Shown: positions 17,787 through 24,941 of the stretch, piece by piece
How positions within the stretch are numbered: the first letter of the stretch is position 1
Layout of the letters: each line of letters starts with the position of its first letter
Assembly (NCBI GenBank): GCA_039182715.1
Contig: JBCDBY010000002.1
Span: forward strand, 1-47,680
Source: Planctomycetota bacterium
GTDB lineage: Bacteria; Planctomycetota; PLA2
Direction of reading: 5' to 3'
Length of the DNA stretch: 47,680 nt
The notes under the pieces: model-generated
Seen by the model: only the letters and a program-made list of their open reading frames with translations
Database searches by the model: none
Told to the model about the DNA's origin: nothing
Position numbers and translations under genes: made by a program

Positions 17787-18614
17787 GTGACGGGCAACGG
17801 GAACAGCTACCACTCCATTTTCATCCCTTCCGACTTCAGCGACGCGAGCGAGCGCGCGCTGGCGCACGCGTTGGCCATGGCGGTGGTCTGGCAGTCGGAG
17901 CTCTGCCTGCTGCATGCCGGCGGCGACGCGTTCTCGGACGAGGAGTGGGAGAACGCGCCCTCGGTGCGCGGCATGCTCGCCGAATGGGGGTTCCTCGAGC
18001 GCAACGCGACGCGCCAGGCGATCTTCGACGAGCTGCGGGTGCGCGTGCGCAAGGTCGAGTCGCGCGGCCGTCCGCCGCTGGACGCGACCCTCGAATTCCT
18101 GCGCCGTTCGCCGACCGAACTGATCGTCCTGGCGACCGGCGCGCGTCGCGGGCTGCTCCGCATGATGCACCGATCCGTCGCCGAGGCAATCGGGCGACAG
18201 GTGGCGGTGCCGGTTCTCTACGTGCCGGCGTCGTCCCGGGGATTCATCGCGACGCAGGCCGGGACCAGTTCCCTGCGTCGCGTCACGGTCGCCGTGCAAC
18301 CGGGGGACGACGTCGACGAAGCGTGGGCGGCCGTGGCGCGGCTGCAGCCGCTGACCGCGGGTGCACGACTGGAGGCGGAGTGGCTGCGACTCGGCGATGA
18401 TGCGCCGGAACTCCGTGCGCCCCAATTCGAGCGGATCGCGTGGACTGCGCGGCGCGCGTGCGAAAGGCGCCCGCTGCGGGCGATCCTCGAGTCGTCCCCC
18501 GACCTGGTCGTCATCACCGCGCACCCCGCGCCCGGAACCGACGCGAGCACCGCCGAAGATTTGATTCGACGCGGCGCTTGCCCCGTCCTTTCCTTGCCTG
18601 CGCCCCGCCAATAG
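17787..18614 (+). CDS. Universal stress protein (tandem Usp domains)
   Basis: IFIPSDFSDASERALAHA, LIVLAT, SVAEAI..VPVL, CPVL. Confidence 0.88.
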   Translation: MTGNGNSYHSIFIPSDFSDASERALAHALAMAVVWQSELCLLHAGGDAFSDEEWENAPSVRGMLAEWGFLERNATRQAIFDELRVRVRKVESRGRPPLDATLEFLRRSPTELIVLATGARRGLLRMMHRSVAEAIGRQVAVPVLYVPASSRGFIATQAGTSSLRRVTVAVQPGDDVDEAWAAVARLQPLTAGARLEAEWLRLGDDAPELRAPQFERIAWTARRACERRPLRAILESSPDLVVITAHPAPGTDASTAEDLIRRGACPVLSLPAPRQ

Positions 18615-18724
18615 GGGACCATTTTGGTCCTCGAAAAGCCGCCCACCGGGCGGATTTTCCGGCGACGAGAAAGTGGACGGTCCCCCTCGCGCCGGAGTAC
18701 AACCAGACCGATCGCATAGGAGAA

Positions 18725-19534
18725 ATGAACGTGCTTCGAATTGCTCTCTGTCTCGCCCTGTCCTGCTTCGTGATCGCCTGCGGCGGTTCCGAAGAGCCGA
18801 AGAAGACCGCCCCCGCGCCCGCCGCGGACGACGGTGGTTCCGAGGAGGAGTCGTTCGGTCGTCAGACCTACTCCGCCGACAAGGGCAGCGCCACCGTGTC
18901 CGGCACCGTGAAGTGGAGCGGCAAGGCGCCCAACCGTCGCCCGCTCGACATGGGCTCCGACAAGTTCTGCGAGAAGTGCTACGAGGGCCAGGAGGCCCCG
19001 CGCTCGATGTCCGCCGTCGTTGGTGCCAACGGCGAGTTCGCGAACATCTTCGTCTATGTCAAGAACAGCGGCGACATGAAGAACTGGAAGTTCCCGAAGG
19101 GTTCGTCCACGCGCGTGATCGACCAGGTCAAGTGCATGTACACGCCGTACCTGATCGGCGTGCAGACCGGCGACACGCTCGAGATCCGCAACAGCGACCA
19201 GACGCTGCACAACATCCACGCCACGAAGGATGGCAACGACTGGTTCAACAAGGCGCAGCCGGCCGGCTCCGACGCCTACACGACGACCGTCACCGAGGCG
19301 GGCATGTTCACGCTCAAGTGCGACGTGCACAGCTGGATGAAGTCGTTCATCTGCGTCGTCGACAACCCCTTCTTCGCCGTGACCGGCGAGGACGGCAAGT
19401 TCTCCATCCCGAGCCTGCCCGCCGGCAGCTACACGCTCGTCGCCTGGGACAGCCGCAAGGGCAAGGAGATGACCAAGGACTTCACCGTCTCCGACGGTGG
19501 CTCCGCCACGGTCGATTTCGAGTTCAGCAAATAG
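18725..19534 (+). CDS. Lipoprotein with cupredoxin-like and carboxypeptidase-regulatory-like domains
   Basis: RBS AGGAGA, lipobox VIAC, DQVKCMYTP, NSDQTLHNIH, KCDVHSWM, PFFAVTGEDGKF. Confidence 0.82.
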   Translation: MNVLRIALCLALSCFVIACGGSEEPKKTAPAPAADDGGSEEESFGRQTYSADKGSATVSGTVKWSGKAPNRRPLDMGSDKFCEKCYEGQEAPRSMSAVVGANGEFANIFVYVKNSGDMKNWKFPKGSSTRVIDQVKCMYTPYLIGVQTGDTLEIRNSDQTLHNIHATKDGNDWFNKAQPAGSDAYTTTVTEAGMFTLKCDVHSWMKSFICVVDNPFFAVTGEDGKFSIPSLPAGSYTLVAWDSRKGKEMTKDFTVSDGGSATVDFEFSK

Positions 19535-19541
19535 GAGCCTG

Positions 19542-20354
19542 ATGGAACCGCGAAGCCGCCCCCGCATCATCCTCGGTCTGGTCGCCTTCTTCGGCCTGAT
19601 CACCCTCTTCACCGTCGGGCTGTTCATGCTGCCCTGGCGGTCCGAGGTCGCCTCCGATGAGGGGGGCGGCATCGACGCGGTCATCACCTATCTGCTCGTG
19701 GCGACGGGCGCCCTCGTGGTGCTCGGGCACTACGTGCTCATCCGCTTCCTCTGGAACGGCAACGGCGAGAAGGGGTACACCCGGCCGACGCCCAAGGTGG
19801 AGTGGATGTGGGGCATCATCCCCGTCGTCATCATGATGATCCTCTCCGAGGCGGGCGTGCTGGTCGTCGGCGCGCCCACCTGGAAGAAGCTCTACGTCGA
19901 TCGCGCCGAGAACCCGGTGCAGATCGAGGTCGTCGGCAAGCAGTTCCAGTGGTACGTGCGCTACCCCGGCAAGGACGGCGTGTACGGCGACTACGACTTC
20001 GAGGAGATCGACGGCGCCGACAATCCGCTCGGCCTGCTCGACGACAGCGACGCCGCGGTCGACGACATCGTCACCTCCAAGCTGCGGCTGCCGCTGGGTC
20101 GACCGGTGCAGATCCGCATGCGCACGCACGACGTCATCCACAGCTTCTTCGTGCCGGACTTCCGCGTGAAGCAGGATCTCATTCCGGGCTTCCCGACCGA
20201 GATCCGTTTCACGCCGACGAAGCTGGGCGAGTACGAACTCGCCTGCTCCGAGCTGTGCGGCCTGGCGCACTACCGCATGAAGGCTCCCGTGCTGGTGATG
20301 GAGCCCGAGGCGTTCGACAAGTGGTTGGCCGCGCAGCGCGGTTACTTCGAGTAG
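19542..20354 (+). CDS. coxB: Cytochrome c oxidase subunit II
   Basis: Two TM helices, QFQWYVRYPG, CuA ligands DVIHSF and CSELCGLAHYRM; no fused cytochrome c. Confidence 0.95.
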   Translation: MEPRSRPRIILGLVAFFGLITLFTVGLFMLPWRSEVASDEGGGIDAVITYLLVATGALVVLGHYVLIRFLWNGNGEKGYTRPTPKVEWMWGIIPVVIMMILSEAGVLVVGAPTWKKLYVDRAENPVQIEVVGKQFQWYVRYPGKDGVYGDYDFEEIDGADNPLGLLDDSDAAVDDIVTSKLRLPLGRPVQIRMRTHDVIHSFFVPDFRVKQDLIPGFPTEIRFTPTKLGEYELACSELCGLAHYRMKAPVLVMEPEAFDKWLAAQRGYFE

Positions 20355-20366
20355 GAAGGCAACGGC

Positions 20367-22094
20367 ATGCACGAACCCATGCACGAGGCGCCGCACGCGG
20401 CCCCGACCACCTTCATCGGCAAGTACATCTTCAGCTTCGACCACAAGGTCATCGGCATTCAGTACCTCCTCACGGCGATCCTCATGGCCGTCGTGGGCGG
20501 GCTGTTGTCGCTGATGATCCGCCTGCAGCTCCAGCACCCCGAGATGCAGCTGCTCGGCCCGCCCGAGGCCTACCTCGCCTGGGTCACCATGCACGGGACC
20601 ATCATGGTCTTCTTCGTGGTGTCGCTGGCGATCAGCGGGTTCGCGAACTTCCTGATCCCACTGCAGCTCGGCGCGCGCGACATGGCCTACCCGATGCTCA
20701 ACATGTTGAGCTACTGGACCATCGTTCCGTCGGTGCTGCTGATGCTCGCCTCGTTCTTCGTGCCGGGCGGCGCGGCGGCCGCGGGCTGGACCATGTATCC
20801 GCCGCTTTCGGCGGTCCCCGAGGCGGTGCCCGGCTCCGGCCTCGGCACGACGTTCTGGCTGCTCGGCATGGCGCTCTTCATCGCGTCGTTCACGATGGGC
20901 GGCCTCAACTTCCTGACCACGATCGTCAACTGCCGCACCAAGGGCATGACGATGTGGCGCATGCCCATCGCGGTCTGGGGCTTCTTCATCGCGACGGTGC
21001 TCGGCCTGCTGGCGTTCCCGCCGCTGACGGCCGCCGCGCTGATGCTGCTCTTCGATCGCCACGGCGGCACGAGCTTCTTCGTCACCGAGATGGTGGTCAA
21101 CGACCAGGTGCTCCTGCCGGGCGCCGAGGGCACGCCGCTGCTCTTCCAGCACCTCTTCTGGTTCCTCGGCCACCCCGAGGTCTACGTGCTGGTGCTGCCG
21201 TGCGTGCTGATGACCATGGAGATCATCCCGGTCTTCACGCGCCGCCCGATGTTCGGCTACCGCCCGAGCGTCTGGGCGCTCTTCGTGATCGGGTTCCTGA
21301 GCATGATCGTGTGGGGTCACCACATGTTCGTGACCGGCATGAACCCGTACATCGGCGAGTACTTCTCGATCGCGACGGTGATCATCACGGCGCCCTTCGC
21401 GATCCTCGGCGTGAACCTGCTCGCCAGCCTCTGGCGCGCGAAGATCAAGCCCGCGGTGCCGATGCTCTTCGCGCTCGCGGTCATCTCCGCGGTCGGCTTC
21501 GGCGGCTTCGGCGGCCTGTTCCTGGGAACGGTGGTCTCCGATATCTACTTCCACGAGACCTACTTCGTGGTCGGCCACTTCCACCTCATGATCGGCACGG
21601 TCACGTTGCTGAGCCTCTTCGGCGCCCTCTACTTCTGGTACCCGAAGATGTTCGGCCGCCGCATGAGCGAGAAGCTCGGCCGGATCCACTTCTGGTTCAC
21701 CGCGGTGCCGATGATCACGATCTTCATCCTGATGCACATGCAGGGTCTCGGCGGCATGCTGCGCCGCACCTACGACCCCGGCGCCTACGACTACAACGCC
21801 GGCGCCAACATGATGCTGCGCTTCCCGATCACGGCGATGGCGTTCATCCTCTTCCTGGCGCAGTTCGTCTTCTTCTGGAACTTCTTCCGCAGCCTCAAGA
21901 ACGGGGAAGAGGTCGGCGAGAACCCGTGGGACGCGACCACGCTGGAGTGGACGACGCCCTCGCCCGCCGGCCACGGCAACTGGCCGGGCGCGCTGCCCGT
22001 CGTCGAGCACGACCCGTACGAGTACGACGGCGACGACTTCACGCCGCAGGGCAGGGTGGTCGAGACGGCTTCGGAGGAGGGCGGCAACGCGTGA
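20367..22094 (+). CDS. coxA: Cytochrome c oxidase subunit I (A1-type signature)
   Basis: TMHGTIM, GWTMYPPLS, WFLGHPEVY, VWGHHMF, VVGHFH, GMLRR. Confidence 0.97.
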   Translation: MHEPMHEAPHAAPTTFIGKYIFSFDHKVIGIQYLLTAILMAVVGGLLSLMIRLQLQHPEMQLLGPPEAYLAWVTMHGTIMVFFVVSLAISGFANFLIPLQLGARDMAYPMLNMLSYWTIVPSVLLMLASFFVPGGAAAAGWTMYPPLSAVPEAVPGSGLGTTFWLLGMALFIASFTMGGLNFLTTIVNCRTKGMTMWRMPIAVWGFFIATVLGLLAFPPLTAAALMLLFDRHGGTSFFVTEMVVNDQVLLPGAEGTPLLFQHLFWFLGHPEVYVLVLPCVLMTMEIIPVFTRRPMFGYRPSVWALFVIGFLSMIVWGHHMFVTGMNPYIGEYFSIATVIITAPFAILGVNLLASLWRAKIKPAVPMLFALAVISAVGFGGFGGLFLGTVVSDIYFHETYFVVGHFHLMIGTVTLLSLFGALYFWYPKMFGRRMSEKLGRIHFWFTAVPMITIFILMHMQGLGGMLRRTYDPGAYDYNAGANMMLRFPITAMAFILFLAQFVFFWNFFRSLKNGEEVGENPWDATTLEWTTPSPAGHGNWPGALPVVEHDPYEYDGDDFTPQGRVVETASEEGGNA

Positions 22095-22597
22095 GCCTCT
22101 CCGTCCAGCAGCGGGCCGCGTGCAACCGCACGCTCACCATGGCGGTCATCGTGACGGTCGTCATGCTCTTCACGGGGTTCGCCGCGGCGTACCTCGAACG
22201 TTCGCATACCACGGACGTGTGGCAGCGCATCGAGCTGCCGTCCGTTCTCGTCTGGAACACCGGCGTGCTGGTGCTCAGCAGCGTCGTGCTCGAGTGGGCG
22301 CGGCGTCGCGGTCGCACCGACGGCATCGCCTGGGCGACCGGACTGGGCGTGCTGTTCCTCGCGGGCCAGATCTGGTCCTGGGTCGAGCTGCGCGAGCAGG
22401 GGGTGATGGTCGCCTCCCACGCCCACGCGTCCTTCTTCTACATGTTGAGCGGCGTCCATGCGCTGCACCTGATCGGAGGGCTTTGCGCCCTCTGGGCCGC
22501 GCGCCGGAAGCGCCGCATCCTTCCGTTCGCCGCGGGTTTCTGGCACGTGATGGCCGGCGTCTGGATCTACGTCCTCGTCGTGCTGACCGTTCTTTGA
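22091..22597 (+). CDS. Cytochrome c oxidase subunit III-like protein (short)
   Basis: GTGA overlap with coxA; [33 protein letters not shown]. Confidence 0.85.
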   Translation: MSLSVQQRAACNRTLTMAVIVTVVMLFTGFAAAYLERSHTTDVWQRIELPSVLVWNTGVLVLSSVVLEWARRRGRTDGIAWATGLGVLFLAGQIWSWVELREQGVMVASHAHASFFYMLSGVHALHLIGGLCALWAARRKRRILPFAAGFWHVMAGVWIYVLVVLTVL

Positions 22598-22619
22598 TGA
22601 TCTTCTCGGGGAGAGCCGC

Positions 22620-23252
22620 ATGAGTCTGACCGCACAGACGTCGTTCACGCCGGAGCGCTGGCAGGGAGGCCTCAGCCCCTACAACCAGACCTGGCAGAAG
22701 CTGATGATGTGGATGTTCATCGTCGGCGATGCGCTGCTCTTCGGCGGCTTTCTCGCGGCCTACGGCTTCACCCGCCACGGCGCGGGCGACGCGTGGCCGG
22801 TGGTGCTGGGCGAAGGCGGCCTCTTCAGCACCGGCCTGCTCACGACGATGACCTTCGTGCTCATCACGAGCAGCGCCTTCATGGCGTGCGCGGTGTCCGC
22901 CGCGAAGGCAAACAACCGCGCCGAGACGGTGAAATGGACCTTCCTCACGCTGGCCGGCGGCGTGGTCTTCCTCGGCATGCAGGTCTACGAGTGGAGCCAC
23001 TTCATCGGGCAGGGCGCGCGCCCGTGGTTCACGCCGGGCGGCGCGGATCCGGGGTTCGCCGCCTACTTCTTCCTGATCACCGGCTTCCACGGCACGCACG
23101 TGCTCATCGGGCTCATCGTGCTGCTGGTCACCGCGCTCAACGCGAAGCGCCGTCCGGAGCTCAATCCGAACGGCGTCGAGGTCGCGGGCCTCTACTGGCA
23201 CTTCGTCGACCTCGTCTGGGTCTTCATCTTCGGCTGCTTCTACCTGCTCTAA
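22620..23252 (+). CDS. coxC: Cytochrome c oxidase subunit III
   Basis: [38 protein letters not shown]. Confidence 0.93.
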   Translation: MSLTAQTSFTPERWQGGLSPYNQTWQKLMMWMFIVGDALLFGGFLAAYGFTRHGAGDAWPVVLGEGGLFSTGLLTTMTFVLITSSAFMACAVSAAKANNRAETVKWTFLTLAGGVVFLGMQVYEWSHFIGQGARPWFTPGGADPGFAAYFFLITGFHGTHVLIGLIVLLVTALNAKRRPELNPNGVEVAGLYWHFVDLVWVFIFGCFYLL

Positions 23253-23254
23253 CC

Positions 23255-23539
23255 ATGGACGCCACGATGGACGCCACCGCAACCGCTTCCGCCCCGAACT
23301 ACAAGAAGATCTGGAAGGCGTGGGCCGCGCTGCTGGTCATCACGGTCGCCATGGTCTTCCTGCCGCACAACCTCTGGACGATCATGATCGGCATCCTGTT
23401 CAAGGTCGTGATCATCGCCGGCATCTTCATGGACCTGAAGGACGAGACGCTTGACTTCGTGATGATCGTCGGGTTCAACGTGCTCTTCTTCGCCATCCTG
23501 CTCTACGCGCTGATGGTGCCCGACGGGCTGGTGATGTGA
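23255..23539 (+). CDS. Cytochrome c oxidase subunit IV family protein
   Basis: YKKIW..LLVIT, KVVIIAGIFMDLK, three TM helices, operon position. Confidence 0.8.
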   Translation: MDATMDATATASAPNYKKIWKAWAALLVITVAMVFLPHNLWTIMIGILFKVVIIAGIFMDLKDETLDFVMIVGFNVLFFAILLYALMVPDGLVM

Positions 23540-23748
23540 TGATGCGCTGGTTGCTGACGCTACTCGTGCTGCTCGCGATGGTCACCATCGCGCGCGGCCA
23601 GGGGTGATGACCCGACGTCGGGGATGTCCCCGAGAATGCCCGTCGGGTCGACGGGATCCTGAAAGCCGCTGCCCTTCTGACGACGACCGCCCTGGTCGTG
23701 GGTAGCGCCGTGGTCTACGTGCTGCGGAACCAGGTCAAGGACGAGTAA
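23539..23748 (+). CDS. Small exported, membrane-anchored protein with tandem in-frame TGA-TGA (candidate Sec-Sec selenoprotein, 69 aa)
   Basis: TGATG coupling to subunit IV; [76 protein letters not shown]; hairpins follow the UGAs. Confidence 0.65.
23608..23655 (+). promoter_or_regulatory. Candidate SECIS-like hairpin(s)
   Basis: GACCCGACG/CGTCGGGTC lower stem, TCGGGG-ATGT-CCCCGA upper stem; alternative CCCGTC-GGGTC-GACGGG hairpin at 23639-23655. Confidence 0.5.
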
Positions 23749-23953
23749 GGCGAGGGCGCCTCGACATGGCGGTTGAGAGCGCCCCAAGAAGAGACCCCGA
23801 AAGGGGGACTCCAAAAGGGACCCCAAATGGGACCAGGGCCGGCACGATCAGGAAGCCGCCGCCCACCCCGACGATTCCCGTCAACATGCCGACGCCCAGT
23901 CCCGCGAGCGCCCGCGTCCAGCCAGGCTGAACGCCGGCGCCATGATTCTCCAT
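23735..23953 (-). pseudogene. Fragment of a TauE/SafE (sulfite exporter-like) gene
   Basis: [24 protein letters not shown] motif in only about 70 codons, followed by degenerate PFGVPFGV sequence. Confidence 0.6.
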
Positions 23954-24099
23954 ATGCGTGCGACGCAACGCGCGCTGCCTGCAGGGACGGCGCGCGTCAC
24001 GCGTGCTTCCAGCCAGTTCCAGCGCTGGCTTCGATTCCCTCGAATCTCGTATGGCGGGAGAATTGAACCCGGCTCGGTCATCCCGCTAACTTGAGGCGA

Positions 24100-24573
24100 A
24101 TGGCGACGCGACGACGAATCATCGGTGTCCTGGGGGGCATGGGAGACGACGAACGGGCGCGCGCGGTGGGGGGCGCGATCGCCGAGGCGGGCTGCCTGCT
24201 CGCGTGCGGAGGTGGGCTCGGCGTGATGGAGTCGGCGGCCCGCGGGGCTCGGGAGGCGGGCGGCGACGTCATCGGCATTCTGCCGGGCACCGATCCGGAG
24301 TGGGCGAACGAGTACGTCAACATCCCCATCGCGACCGGCCTCGGCGAAGCGCGCAACTGCGTGCTCGCGACCTGCTCCGACGCGGTCGTCTGTCTCGGCT
24401 CGGGGCCGGGCACGCTCAGCGAGGTTGCGTTCGCGCTCAAGCTGGGGCGGCCGGTCTACGCGATCCGCTCGGGGTGGGATGGGATTCCGGGGGTCGTGGT
24501 GCTGGCGGATGTCGGGGCGTTGCGGGGGGTGCTGTCGGCGACGAGAGGGGGAGGGGGCGGAGGCGCGGAGTGA
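24100..24573 (+). CDS. TIGR00725 / LOG-like Rossmann-fold protein
   Basis: CGGGLGVMESAARGA, IGILPG, TGLGEARN, GTLSEVAFALK. Confidence 0.88.
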   Translation: MATRRRIIGVLGGMGDDERARAVGGAIAEAGCLLACGGGLGVMESAARGAREAGGDVIGILPGTDPEWANEYVNIPIATGLGEARNCVLATCSDAVVCLGSGPGTLSEVAFALKLGRPVYAIRSGWDGIPGVVVLADVGALRGVLSATRGGGGGGAE

Positions 24574-24626
24574 TGGCGCGCGGGGGCGCGGAGGCATCGC
24601 GGAGGCGCGGAGATGAGAAGCAGGGT

Positions 24627-24941
24627 CTACAGGACGACTTTGACTGCCTCGTCCGCCTTGAGCTTGCGGAAGAGGTCGTCGCGGTGGGCCTGGTCGTCGA
24701 CGGTTACGCGCAGGTGCAGCGAGACGTAGCGGCCGGTGGCGCTTTCGTTCGACGGCGCGAGCGTGTACGCGCGTTCGCCCAGCAGGTCCTCGACCAGTTG
24801 CCGGATCAGCTTTTCGTGGGTGCCGATGATGCGGTAGCCCCACTCCGTCGGATAGGTGATCTCGAGTTCCGGCACGACCGCATCGTACGACGCGTCCTCT
24901 GCCCCCGGTAGAGGTTCTGCGGCGCTCGACCGGCCTCGCAC
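24627..24941 (-). CDS. DUF493 (YbeD-like) protein
   Basis: ITYPTEWGYRIIG, SATGRYVSL, VKVVL C-terminus. Confidence 0.82.
   Translation of the reverse strand: MRGRSSAAEPLPGAEDASYDAVVPELEITYPTEWGYRIIGTHEKLIRQLVEDLLGERAYTLAPSNESATGRYVSLHLRVTVDDQAHRDDLFRKLKADEAVKVVL

Noticed and set aside
18965-18985. CEKC as a c-type heme site
   Set aside because: It is followed by Tyr, not His, so it is not CxxCH.
19802-22090. 931-aa ORF suggesting a giant subunit III fusion
   Set aside because: Only 22091-22597 is subunit III-like; the rest is an alternate frame over coxB and coxA.
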